The notes: generated from the letters alone by a model not told the origin. Positions 23,595 to 32,000 are shown, counted from the stretch's first letter. The stretch is DNA of 32,000 nucleotides from Pyrobaculum aerophilum str. IM2 (GCF_000007225.1 NC_003364.1:330001-362000), one strand, 5' to 3'. Made by a program: numbers and translations.

Positions 23595-25193
23595 ATGCCT
23601 TTGCCTAAAGTCGATGTCATTTTAACCGCTGACCGCTCGATGATGTCTAATTACCACCGCAAGGAGTTTTTAGGGTTCGGCACCACTGGGCCTATTTTTG
23701 TCGAATTGCCATTTGGACTTTCGGAGAGGTTCCACTCATATTTATTCGCCCCTAAGTTGAAGACAGACAAATGGGGTAGGCCTGTAGAGGCTCCGTATGG
23801 AATGAGGAAGATCGAGGCGAAGCTACTCGACGCTGGCATAAACGCCGCAGTGATAGACCCTGACCACGTACACAAATACCTCAAACACGCAAAAATCCTC
23901 ATGTTGAGCCACCACGACTATTTCGGGCTTAATCCGCCCAGTAGCACATGGGGGGTGATCGTGGGGAAAGAGCCGATGAACGCCGTGTTTTTCAAGAGGT
24001 TTATGGAGAGGCTGTCGCCGTATATTTGGGAGGCGAAGTCCGCAAACGGGCTGAGGGTTATTGTCGGAGGCCCCGCGGCGTGGCAGTGGCTTTACTTCCC
24101 GGAGTTAGTGGAGAGGTGGGGCATTGACACAATTTTTGACGGAGAGGGAGAGAAGTTAATAGTTGATATTGTGAAAAACGCCCTAGAGGGCAAGCCGTTG
24201 CCCAAATACGTCTACGTGGGGGTATCGGAGGCGCCAAGCGTCGACGAGATCTCTACAATCAAGTATCCTAGTATAAATGGGCTTGTGGAAATAGGCAGGG
24301 GGTGCCCCAGGGGTTGCGCGTTCTGCTCTGTGACGTTGAGGGCAATGCGGTGGTATCCTCTTGAAAAGATAGAACAGGAGCTGAAGGTGAACGCCGAAGC
24401 TGGCGTAGTTGATGGAATTTTACACTCCGACGAAGTTCCGCTATACGGATCCACAGGCGTTGAGCCCGACCCCGAAAAGCTCATTGCGTTGCATAAACTC
24501 GCCAAGAGGTATTATAGAAAAGTCGGCTGGAGCCACACCACGCTTGTGGCGATATACCACGGCGAGAAGAAAATGGGAAAGCTTTTCACAAAGCTGTCGG
24601 AGATCATAATTGACGAACATCAAGACTGGTGGGGGGCCCAGATAGGGCTGGAGACGGGATCTGTTCGCCTCGCGCGGAAGATAATGCCGGGCAAGGCGGC
24701 TCCTTACAAAATAGACCAGTGGCATGAAATAGTCGTCGAGGCGGCATCAATAATGCACGAAATACGGCTAATACCCGCAATTACAATAATTGTCGGCCTC
24801 CCCGAGGAGCAACCAGAGGATGTAATAGAGACGATAGAGTTGATAGAGCGGCTCAGGCCTTACCGCTCCTTAATAGTGCCTCTGTTTTACGTCCCCATGA
24901 GCCATGTGAGGAGCGAGAAAAGCGGCTGGCTAGACAAAGTTAATTTATACCCTGAGCACATTGACCTCCTCAAGGTTGTGGCGAGACACTCAATATACTG
25001 GGCAAAAGACATCGTAAACAAGTTCTATTTCAAAGGGCCGCAATACGCCGTTGTTAGGCTACTTGTCAACTACTTTATAAACTATGTCGAGAAGAGACTA
25101 GATAGAATCGAAGACGATGTAGAGTGCTACAAAGAGGAGTTGAGGAAGGCGAGAGCCGCCTCAAGGAGAGAGATATTGACCTTCGCCAGCTAG
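23595..25193 (+). CDS. Radical SAM enzyme with an N-terminal B12-binding-like (Rossmann) domain (COG1032 type)
   Basis: 532 aa counted from ATG 23595 (MPLPKVDVILTADRS...). Flavodoxin-like N-terminal domain (ILMLSHHDYFG, RVIVGGPAAW). CxxxCxxC cluster motif GRGCPRGCAFCSV. Long helical C-terminal extension. Confidence 0.8.
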   Translation: MPLPKVDVILTADRSMMSNYHRKEFLGFGTTGPIFVELPFGLSERFHSYLFAPKLKTDKWGRPVEAPYGMRKIEAKLLDAGINAAVIDPDHVHKYLKHAKILMLSHHDYFGLNPPSSTWGVIVGKEPMNAVFFKRFMERLSPYIWEAKSANGLRVIVGGPAAWQWLYFPELVERWGIDTIFDGEGEKLIVDIVKNALEGKPLPKYVYVGVSEAPSVDEISTIKYPSINGLVEIGRGCPRGCAFCSVTLRAMRWYPLEKIEQELKVNAEAGVVDGILHSDEVPLYGSTGVEPDPEKLIALHKLAKRYYRKVGWSHTTLVAIYHGEKKMGKLFTKLSEIIIDEHQDWWGAQIGLETGSVRLARKIMPGKAAPYKIDQWHEIVVEAASIMHEIRLIPAITIIVGLPEEQPEDVIETIELIERLRPYRSLIVPLFYVPMSHVRSEKSGWLDKVNLYPEHIDLLKVVARHSIYWAKDIVNKFYFKGPQYAVVRLLVNYFINYVEKRLDRIEDDVECYKEELRKARAASRREILTFAS

Positions 25194-25622
25194 TACTCTT
25201 TTTATCTCCTCCCTGAGATCTACTTCTATACCGACGCGGGCTAGTCCCAAGACTGTAGCTAGGAGACACGCCAAGCCGCAATTTTTACAACATGACAAGG
25301 CGATTCCCTCGCCGCATTCCACATCCCCCGATTTACAAATAAGGCCCTCGAGATACCCCCACGCCTTGTGTAATAGCCCAGCCCGCGGTATTTTCCTGCT
25401 AAACGCCAAATTATTAGCAATCCCGTATATGTCGGTAATATACAACACGGAGCTGACCCGCAGTCTTGATGCCAGCGACTTCAAACAGGGGAGGTTTCTT
25501 TGCTCAATACCGCCGCCACACAGCTCCAGTATTTTTTTGAACTCCTCAAGCGCAACGTCGTCAGTCTCTACGTAGGCCAACAGCCCCTCTCTCCAGTCCA
25601 CAAGCGCTACGCCTCGGTGCAT
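25161..25622 (-). CDS. Hypothetical 153-aa protein with a C-terminal Cys cluster
   Basis: Start placed at the second ATG (MHRGVALVDW...) from the spacing to the palindromic box. The C-terminal region reads CKSGDVECGEGIALSCCKNCGLAC followed by a hydrophobic stretch. The 3' end overlaps the radical SAM gene by 33 nt. Confidence 0.35.
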   Translation of the reverse strand: MHRGVALVDWREGLLAYVETDDVALEEFKKILELCGGGIEQRNLPCLKSLASRLRVSSVLYITDIYGIANNLAFSRKIPRAGLLHKAWGYLEGLICKSGDVECGEGIALSCCKNCGLACLLATVLGLARVGIEVDLREEIKRVLAGEGQYLSP

Positions 25623-25638
25623 GGCTCTCAACATTGAG

Positions 25639-25649
25639 TTTTATAAATT
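25639..25649. promoter_or_regulatory. Palindromic shared TATA box (TTTTATAAATT)
   Basis: The TTTATAAA centre (about 25643.5) is 24.5 nt from ATG 25668 (plus strand) and 21.5 nt from ATG 25622 (minus strand). Confidence 0.5.
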
Positions 25650-25667
25650 GGTTACTTTCGTAAGGCT

Positions 25668-25982
25668 ATGGAGGCCCAGCTGTGCTATGCCTGTACGGAT
25701 CAGAACTACGCAAGGCCTGTGACTACTGTGAAGTGCACTATATGTAAAAAAGAAGTGGACTGGAGGCACGTCGTATCTCACTATATAGATCACGGAAAGA
25801 AAAGCGGAAATGACGTCGTTTGTCCCATATGCAACTCAAAGGTAAAGAGCCAGCAGTATAAACATCACGTAAGGCAACACTTCGCCGTTAAGAGAGAGCG
25901 GAGTTATATATGCGGCATATGCGGCAGAAGTTTCATATCTATACGATCACTCATTGTACACATAATGAAGGCGCACGAGTAA
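25668..25982 (+). CDS. C2H2 zinc-finger protein (three fingers plus an N-terminal CxxC)
   Basis: 104 aa. Finger 1 is CTIC-x11-H-x3-H. Finger 2 is CPIC-x10/11-H-x3/4-H. Finger 3, YICGICGRSFISIRSLIVHIMKAH, fits the TFIIIA consensus C-x2-C-x3-F-x5-L-x2-H-x4-H exactly. Confidence 0.65.
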   Translation: MEAQLCYACTDQNYARPVTTVKCTICKKEVDWRHVVSHYIDHGKKSGNDVVCPICNSKVKSQQYKHHVRQHFAVKRERSYICGICGRSFISIRSLIVHIMKAHE

Positions 25983-26476
25983 TGGATTTAACTGTTTTTT
26001 TCCTCCTAATTTGGCCGCCGTATGTGGCCAACGGCTCAGCCGTCTTCGCCTCACGGCTCAAATGGCGCCACCCAGTGGATTTTGGGAGGAATTTTATAGA
26101 CGGTAGGAGGATATTCGGAGACGGGAAGACTTATGAGGGCGTCGCCATAGGCATAGCGACTGGGACAGTGCTTGGCTACTTTCCCAACCTTGTATATCAC
26201 GTAATTGGCGTTTTTGACGCGTTTGTGCTATCCGCTTCCGCCGTGTTGGGCGATCTCATAGGCGCTTTTATAAAACGAAGGCTGTGCATGCCCAGGGGGC
26301 ATCCGGCGTTTCCCTTAGATCAGCTAGACTTTTTACTCACTGCGTTTCTCGTCTATAGCCTCTTCAGGGAAATTCCGGTTGTCTATGTTTTAGCGGCTGT
26401 GGTGATAACGCCGGTTATTCACCGCGCAACAAACTACGTCGCTTACTTGCTTAAGTTAAAGAAGGAGCCATGGTAA
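25982..26476 (+). CDS. carS: CDP-archaeol synthase (CarS, DUF46 family)
   Basis: 164 aa counted from ATG 25982 (MDLTVFFLLIWPPYVANGSAVFA...). PVDFGRNFIDGRRIFGDGKTYEG and LGDLIGAFIKRR motifs are typical of CarS. The protein is polytopic. The start overlaps the zinc-finger gene stop (TAATG). The ORF-track extension back to 25910 was rejected. Confidence 0.8.
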   Translation: MDLTVFFLLIWPPYVANGSAVFASRLKWRHPVDFGRNFIDGRRIFGDGKTYEGVAIGIATGTVLGYFPNLVYHVIGVFDAFVLSASAVLGDLIGAFIKRRLCMPRGHPAFPLDQLDFLLTAFLVYSLFREIPVVYVLAAVVITPVIHRATNYVAYLLKLKKEPW

Positions 26477-26506
26477 TTATTTATTAACCCGCTTTAACGT
26501 CCAACT

Positions 26507-26797
26507 ATGCACATCGTCATAGGCGATAGGTCAACAGTGGCGCTTTTCAAACTAATGGGATTTGAGGGGAAGACTATAGAGGATCCTGCAGAGGCGCTTA
26601 ACTTTATAAAGAAAAGCCTCGATACATATGACGCTATTTTTATAACGTCGAAAATCGCCAAGACTATTAGGAGAGACCTCGATGAGATCAGGATGAGAAA
26701 TCCGCGCAAACTGTTGGTCGAGGTGCCTAGCGTTGAAGAGGGGATGGAGCGGGAGGTTAACTATTTACAGATTGTGAGACAAGTACTGGGAGGATAA
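26507..26797 (+). CDS. atpF: A-type (V-type) ATP synthase subunit F
   Basis: 96 aa. IVIGDRSTVALFKLMGF...AIFITSKIA...LLVEVPS fits the subunit F pattern. It lies upstream of atpE and atpA. Confidence 0.8.
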   Translation: MHIVIGDRSTVALFKLMGFEGKTIEDPAEALNFIKKSLDTYDAIFITSKIAKTIRRDLDEIRMRNPRKLLVEVPSVEEGMEREVNYLQIVRQVLGG

Positions 26798-26826
26798 TCT
26801 ATTAAAACTGTTGAGTTAAGGGCGGC

Positions 26827-27393
26827 GTGTCGCTCTTTGAGGACTTGATACGGGCTAAAATAGCCGAGCTTGAGGAGTTGAAGAAAAACTTGCTTGTAGA
26901 TATTGAGACTAGGATTAGGCGTGAGGCTTATGCGTTGCTCAATAAATTCACTGGGCAAATTACAAGTGTTGAAAGCGAGGTGACTCTGGAGCGCGAACGT
27001 ATTATTTACGAGGCCCTTGTGAACTCCAGGAGGAAAATTGCTGAGACGTATGAAAACCTGTTGAAAGATTTGATAGACGCCGTGTACAGCGAGATAGACA
27101 AAATCCGGGGGACAGAGAGATATGTAAAATTCCTTACTTTTCTCATACAAAACGCGATTAATTATATACAGTCTCGGGATGTTATTATATACACGTCGCC
27201 TAAGGATAGAGGCGTAGTTGAGGCTATTGCCAGAAGCCTTGGCATAACTGGTTTAATAAGTGAGAGGGATATGAGAGTCGGTGTGGTAGTGACCTCCCGC
27301 GACGGCAGCGTCACAGTGGACTACTCGCTGGAAACTATTGTGGCCAATAAGCTAGAAGAATTAAAACACCTCCTGTACCTTGGGATACAATGA
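26827..27393 (+). CDS. atpE: A-type ATP synthase subunit E
   Basis: 188 aa. Long N-terminal helix followed by a C-terminal globular domain ending [21 protein letters not shown]...LEE, as in subunit E. GTG start. The stop overlaps the atpA ATG (ATGA). Confidence 0.8.
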   Translation: MSLFEDLIRAKIAELEELKKNLLVDIETRIRREAYALLNKFTGQITSVESEVTLERERIIYEALVNSRRKIAETYENLLKDLIDAVYSEIDKIRGTERYVKFLTFLIQNAINYIQSRDVIIYTSPKDRGVVEAIARSLGITGLISERDMRVGVVVTSRDGSVTVDYSLETIVANKLEELKHLLYLGIQ

Positions 27394-29171
27394 GCGGAAA
27401 AATTGAATACATCTCAGGCCCAGTCGTAAAGGCGGAGCTCCCAGGCGCTAGGCTGTATGAGCTCGTCTTTGTGGGCGAGATTAAATTATTTGGCGAAGTC
27501 GTGAGAATACAGGGCGAGAAGGCCTTTATCCAAGTCTATGAGGACACCACTGGTTTAAAGCCCGGCGAGCCCGTGGAGAGGACTGGGGAGCCCCTTAGCG
27601 CTTGGCTGGGCCCGACAATAATCGGCAAGATTTACGACGGAGTCCAGCGGCCGCTGAGAAATATCGAGGAGATTTCTAAAAACCCATTTATAGCCCGCGG
27701 CATTGGTTACGACAAGGCTCCGCCGCTCGACTTAAAGGCCGAGTTTGACTTCAAGCCGGCAGTCAAGCCCGGAGAGGAGGTGTATCCCGGAGACGTGCTC
27801 GGCTCAGTCAAAGAGACGGAGCCGATGACGCACTACATCTTATATCCGCCTCTTCCCGAACACGCCCCTGGGGTTGTCGAGTGGATCGCCGACGGGAAGT
27901 ACAAAGTTGACGACGTAATTGCCAGGGTTAAAACAAAGCGTGGGGTAGTGGAGGTGAAAATGTGGCATAAATGGCCGGTGAGGAGGCCGAGGCCGTTTAA
28001 AGAGAAGCTCCCCCCAGTAGAGCCGCTCATAACAGGCGTGCGGACTGTGGACACTATGTTCCCCATCGCCAAGGGCGGCACCGCGGCGGTTCCCGGCCCC
28101 TTCGGCTCAGGCAAAACCGTCATGATCAGGACCTTGTCCATGTTTGCCCAAAGCAGATTTATAATCCCGGTGCTCTGCGGTGAGAGGGGCAACGAGGCGG
28201 CCGATGCCTTGCAGGGGCTTTTAAAATTAAAAGACCCCTCCACGGGGAGGCCGCTTCTGGAACGTACGACAATTATCGTTAACACCTCTAATATGCCGGT
28301 CGCCGCTAGGGAGGCATCGGTTTACATGGGGACTACCCTGGGCGAATACTTCCGCGATCAGGGCTACGATGTGTTAGTCCTGGCGGATTCCACTTCGCGC
28401 TGGGCTGAGGCCATGCGCGAAGTGGCGCTCCGCATCGGCGAGATGCCCTCAGAGGAGGGGTATCCGGCGTATCTCCCCACTAGGCTGGCGGAGTTTTACG
28501 AGAGGGCAGGGCGCGTTGTATTGTACGGTAGCAAGGAGAGAGTTGGATCTCTCACAATTGCCGCCTCTGTCAGCCCGCCTGGAGGCGACTTCACAGAGCC
28601 CGTGACTTCGAACACGCTCCGCTTCATAGGCGCCTTCTGGCCGCTGTCCCCCAGACTGGCCTACAGCCGCCACTACCCGGCTATTGACTGGCTAGTGGCG
28701 TTTTCTAGATATGTGGACACGGTAGAGGTGTGGTGGTCTAAAAACGTGTCGCCTGAGTGGAGGAGGATTAGAGATGCGCTTCAATCTATCCTTGTGAAAG
28801 AGGCAGAGTTGCAAGAAATTGTGAGAATTCTGGGCACTGAGGCCCTCAGCGAATATGAAAAGCATATTCTAAACGTAGCGTTTATGATTAGAGAGGGGTT
28901 CTTAAAACAAGACGCCTACAACCCAGTGGACACCCCGTCGGCGCCAATTAAACAATTCCTACTAATGAAGGCCATATACACGTATTATGAAGAGGGGCTA
29001 AAGGCAATTGAGTCCGGAGTGCCCGCCTCTGTTTTAAGAGAACTGGAAACTGTCAAGCGGCTACCGAGGCTGAGAATGGAAGTGACTAACGACGTGGCAA
29101 AGGAGGAGCTCACTAAATTTATCGAAAGCCTTGTAGCAGAGATCAGGGCAACTACAAACAGAAGGGGATAA
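27390..29171 (+). CDS. atpA: A-type ATP synthase catalytic subunit A
   Basis: 593 aa. Walker A GPFGSGKT. Also present are the non-homologous insert typical of A subunits, [14 protein letters not shown] and [11 protein letters not shown]. The length indicates no intein. Confidence 0.95.
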   Translation: MSGKIEYISGPVVKAELPGARLYELVFVGEIKLFGEVVRIQGEKAFIQVYEDTTGLKPGEPVERTGEPLSAWLGPTIIGKIYDGVQRPLRNIEEISKNPFIARGIGYDKAPPLDLKAEFDFKPAVKPGEEVYPGDVLGSVKETEPMTHYILYPPLPEHAPGVVEWIADGKYKVDDVIARVKTKRGVVEVKMWHKWPVRRPRPFKEKLPPVEPLITGVRTVDTMFPIAKGGTAAVPGPFGSGKTVMIRTLSMFAQSRFIIPVLCGERGNEAADALQGLLKLKDPSTGRPLLERTTIIVNTSNMPVAAREASVYMGTTLGEYFRDQGYDVLVLADSTSRWAEAMREVALRIGEMPSEEGYPAYLPTRLAEFYERAGRVVLYGSKERVGSLTIAASVSPPGGDFTEPVTSNTLRFIGAFWPLSPRLAYSRHYPAIDWLVAFSRYVDTVEVWWSKNVSPEWRRIRDALQSILVKEAELQEIVRILGTEALSEYEKHILNVAFMIREGFLKQDAYNPVDTPSAPIKQFLLMKAIYTYYEEGLKAIESGVPASVLRELETVKRLPRLRMEVTNDVAKEELTKFIESLVAEIRATTNRRG

Positions 29172-29212
29172 TTCCTATTTTTTCAGAACAACCCAATGTC
29201 TTTTGGGCGCGA

Positions 29213-29223
29213 ATATTTATAAA
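29213..29223 (+). promoter_or_regulatory. rpoH TATA box (ATATTTATAAA)
   Basis: The TTTATAAA centre is about 23.5 nt upstream of GTG 29243. Confidence 0.5.
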
Positions 29224-29242
29224 CTAAGACCGGCCGGCTGTC

Positions 29243-29470
29243 GTGTCGAGGATAAGCCTTGGAGTTAAAGAAGTTACGGTTATCCCACGGGAAGAGGCCA
29301 AAGAGCTTCTCAAAAGGATGAAGCTCAGGCCCTGGCAGTTGCCCTGGATAAGGGCCAGCGACCCGTTGGCGCAAAAGGCTGGGGCTAAGCCTGGGGATGT
29401 GCTCAAAATAGTTAGAGAGTCGCCGACAGCAGGCGAGGCTGTGGTCTACCGCTTAGTGGTGCCCGGGTAG
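29243..29470 (+). CDS. rpoH: DNA-directed RNA polymerase subunit H (Rpo5)
   Basis: 75 aa. LPWIRASDPLAQKAGAKPGDVLKIVRESPTAGEAVVYRLVV is the conserved RpoH/RPB5 C-terminal domain. It sits immediately upstream of rpoB, as in archaeal RNAP operons. Confidence 0.85.
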   Translation: MSRISLGVKEVTVIPREEAKELLKRMKLRPWQLPWIRASDPLAQKAGAKPGDVLKIVRESPTAGEAVVYRLVVPG

Positions 29471-29504
29471 TTAAATTTTTTATACCACTACCTCCAGTAG
29501 GGCA

Positions 29505-32000
29505 ATGGTAGATCTACTTCCGTTGCCAGTGGTATCATCCCCGTCAGATGGGGAGTTTCCTACGCGGGATGATCGGTGGGCCTTAGTGGAGAGGTTTATT
29601 AAAGACAAGGGCCTTGCCAATCACCAGATTAAGTCTTTTAACGACTTTCTAGATAAGAAACTGCCGAAAATTGTGGAGGATTTTAAAGTAGTTGAGACTG
29701 AGATTAAGGGGCTTAAGCTAGTTCTGGAAAAGATTGAGGTGGGGTGGCCTAGGATAAAGGAAAGCGACGGCTCTGAGTCTTTAATTTACCCAATGGAGGC
29801 GAGACTTCGCAACGCCACTTATTCGGCGCCTCTCTACCTAACTGCGACTTTATACGTTGACGACGAGCCCTATGCCACGGAGACGTTTTACATCGGTGAG
29901 TTGCCCATAATGGTTAAGTCAAAGCGTTGTAATTTAACTAGGCTGAGACCCAGCGAGTATGCCAAGAGGTTTGAAGACCCGCAGGACTTCGGCGGCTATT
30001 TCATTATTAACGGGAGCGAAAGGGTTATAATTTCACAAGAGGATTTAGTCGCCGACCGGCCTATTTATGATAAGGGCGACAAGCCCTCAGTGAGGTTCTT
30101 GGCTAAGACTATCTCCACGGGCATAGGGTATAGAAGCACATTGACTGTAGAGCTGAATAAAGACGGCGTGATTTACGCCACTCTCTCGGCAATGCCTGTG
30201 AAAATACCCTTCCCCATCTATATGAAGGCCTTGGGCTTGGAGACTGATGAAGACGTGGTAAAGGCGGTGTCAGACGACCCGGAAATCCAGAAGGAGCTTC
30301 TCCCCTCCCTTATAGCGGCCAATCAAATAGCTATCACGAGGGAGGACGCGTTGGATTATATCGGCGGGAAAGTGGCCGTGGGACAGCCAAGGCCTGTGAG
30401 AATTGAGCGGGCTTTGCAGTTGCTCGATAGGTACTTCCTGCCGCATCTAGGCACTACAGTTCCTGACGAGAAGAAGCAACAAGAGATTAGGCTGAAAAAG
30501 GCGTTAATGTTAGGCCAGATTGTAAAGGGGCTTGTGGAGCTTCACCTCGGCAGGAGGAAGCCTGACGACAAAGACCACGTCGGCAATAAGAGAGTGAGGC
30601 TTGTGGGCGACTTAATGACTCAGCTGTTCCGCACCGTGTTGAAACAATTCCTCCAAGAGCTGAAGAGCCAGTTGGAGAAATATTACGCAAGGGGGAGGAT
30701 ACCGCATATACAGACTATTGTGAGGCCAGATATTATTACCGAGCGCGTGAGGCAAGCCCTGGCCACAGGTAACTGGGTCGGCGGCAAGACTGGGGTTTCG
30801 CAGATATTAGACCGCACTAACTACCTCTCCACCCTTAGCTATTTAAGGAGAGTGGTCTCCTCGCTCTCAAGAACCCAGCCCCATTTCGAGGCGCGCGACT
30901 TGCACCCAACTCAGTGGGGCAGGCTCTGCGCAGTCGAGACGCCTGAGGGCCAAAACGTGGGGCTTGTGAAAAACTTAGCGCTTTTGGCCGAAATTACCAC
31001 GGGCGTTGACGAGGGAGAAGTTGAGCATATGCTTTACAACATGGGCGTAATCCCCATACTAAAGGCCAGGGAAGAGGGGGTCTCTGGCGCCGAGGTTTAC
31101 TTAAACGGGAGGCTTATAGGCGTGCACCCCAACCCCGAAGAGCTGGCCAAAACAGTAAGAGGATTGAGGAGGCAGGGCAAAATAAGCGACGAGATCAACA
31201 TCGCCGTTATAAACGGAACAGTTTACGTCAATTGCGACGGAGGTCGAATTAGAAGGCCCCTCCTTGTCGTTGAAAACGGCAAGTTGAAATTGACAAGAGA
31301 AATTGTAGAAAAGGTGAAGCGCGGTGATTTGACTTGGGACGATCTAGTTAAAATGGGGGTTGTGGAGTATTTAGACGCAGACGAGGAGGAAAACGCCCAC
31401 ATCGCCACAGATCCCCGGGGCAATCTCACTAACTACACACATGTAGAGATTATACCCTCTTCAATACTAGGCGCCATCGCCTCTATTATACCCTACATAG
31501 AGCACAACCAATCCCCGCGCAATCAATACGAGGCCGCTATGGCGAAGCAGTCCCTAGGCCTCCCCCAGTCTAACTTCTTGTATAAGTTAGACTCCAGGGG
31601 CCACATGTTATACTACCCAGAGAGGCCCATAGTTACTACGCGGGGGCTAGAGCTAATAGGTTATTCGAAAAGGCCGGCTGGCCAAAACGCAGTAGTTGCA
31701 TTGCTGACGTACACAGGGTATAACATAGAGGACGCGGTGATATTAAACAAGGCGTCAGTGGAACGGGGCATGTTCCGCTCTGTATTTTATCGCACTTACG
31801 AGACAGAAGAACAGAAATATCCAGGCGGCGAAGAGGACAGAATAGAAATACCTGACAGCTCCGTTAAGGGGTATAGAGGCCCGGAGGCTTACAGCCACTT
31901 AGATGAAGACGGCATTGCGCCGCCAGAGGTGTACGTGAGTAGCAACGAGGTGCTTATAGGCAAGACGTCGCCGCCGAGGTTCTACACCACTCTTGAAGCA
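29505..32000 (+). CDS. rpoB: DNA-directed RNA polymerase subunit B (Rpo2, unsplit), N-terminal 832 codons (partial; runs off the right edge)
   Basis: Open-ended frame, so it is absent from the ORF track. ATG at 29505. My translation is MVDLLPLPVVSS...RWALVERFIKDKGLANHQIKSFNDFL...YPMEARLRNATYSAPLYL...GELPIMVKSKRCNL...GGYFIINGSERVIISQE...HPTQWGRLCAVETPEGQNVGLVKNLAL...EHNQSPRNQYEAAMAKQSLG. These are canonical RPB2/RpoB blocks. Confidence 0.95.
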   Translation, partial: MVDLLPLPVVSSPSDGEFPTRDDRWALVERFIKDKGLANHQIKSFNDFLDKKLPKIVEDFKVVETEIKGLKLVLEKIEVGWPRIKESDGSESLIYPMEARLRNATYSAPLYLTATLYVDDEPYATETFYIGELPIMVKSKRCNLTRLRPSEYAKRFEDPQDFGGYFIINGSERVIISQEDLVADRPIYDKGDKPSVRFLAKTISTGIGYRSTLTVELNKDGVIYATLSAMPVKIPFPIYMKALGLETDEDVVKAVSDDPEIQKELLPSLIAANQIAITREDALDYIGGKVAVGQPRPVRIERALQLLDRYFLPHLGTTVPDEKKQQEIRLKKALMLGQIVKGLVELHLGRRKPDDKDHVGNKRVRLVGDLMTQLFRTVLKQFLQELKSQLEKYYARGRIPHIQTIVRPDIITERVRQALATGNWVGGKTGVSQILDRTNYLSTLSYLRRVVSSLSRTQPHFEARDLHPTQWGRLCAVETPEGQNVGLVKNLALLAEITTGVDEGEVEHMLYNMGVIPILKAREEGVSGAEVYLNGRLIGVHPNPEELAKTVRGLRRQGKISDEINIAVINGTVYVNCDGGRIRRPLLVVENGKLKLTREIVEKVKRGDLTWDDLVKMGVVEYLDADEEENAHIATDPRGNLTNYTHVEIIPSSILGAIASIIPYIEHNQSPRNQYEAAMAKQSLGLPQSNFLYKLDSRGHMLYYPERPIVTTRGLELIGYSKRPAGQNAVVALLTYTGYNIEDAVILNKASVERGMFRSVFYRTYETEEQKYPGGEEDRIEIPDSSVKGYRGPEAYSHLDEDGIAPPEVYVSSNEVLIGKTSPPRFYTTLEA

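Noticed and set aside
27390-29171. Possible intein in atpA, as seen in some archaeal A subunits.
   Set aside because: The length (593 aa) and uninterrupted Walker A to catalytic-core spacing are those of an intein-free subunit A. No Cys/Ser…HN splice junction blocks were seen.
1-32000. CRISPR arrays, IS elements or transposases, integrases, rRNA or tRNA genes, and long direct repeats.
   Set aside because: Reading both strands, I found no regularly spaced repeats, no terminal inverted repeats flanking ORFs, no recombinase-like ORFs and no cloverleaf-compatible sequences. The window behaves as core chromosome.

Overview
This window reads as a compact chromosomal core region of a crenarchaeon of the Thermoproteales, and it looks Pyrobaculum-like. 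The reasons are moderate GC content, an unsplit RNA polymerase subunit B, A-type ATPase genes broken into a short F-E-A fragment, a 196-aa family-4 UDG with a C-terminal PIP box, and A/T boxes about 20-27 nt upstream of almost every first-in-unit start codon, which implies leaderless mRNAs.

I support about 40 protein genes. Two are open-ended and therefore missing from the ORF track: ilvD at the left edge and rpoB at the right edge. The confident calls are dihydroxy-acid dehydratase, tungsten aldehyde:ferredoxin oxidoreductase, NAD kinase, TyrRS, an M24B prolidase, a RimK-type ATP-grasp ligase, UDG, RadA, a B12-like radical SAM enzyme, CDP-archaeol synthase, AtpF/E/A and RpoH/RpoB.

I saw no tRNA, rRNA, CRISPR array, IS element or intein.

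The items most worth following up are:
- a RimK-type ligase flanked by a zinc-ribbon mini-protein and a Cys-rich protein;
- a PRC-barrel/coiled-coil protein with CdvA-like architecture;
- a canonical three-finger C2H2 protein translationally coupled to carS;
- a B12-like radical SAM enzyme that is a tetraether or ring-synthase candidate, together with its uncharacterised neighbours;
- a decayed NuoD/[NiFe]-hydrogenase large-subunit relic;
- an unannotated 58-aa zinc-ribbon ORF;
- a GC-rich, possibly structured convergent spacer;
- shared bidirectional TATA boxes in 38-45 bp divergent spacers.

All functional calls come from reading motifs by eye, and no database search was run.
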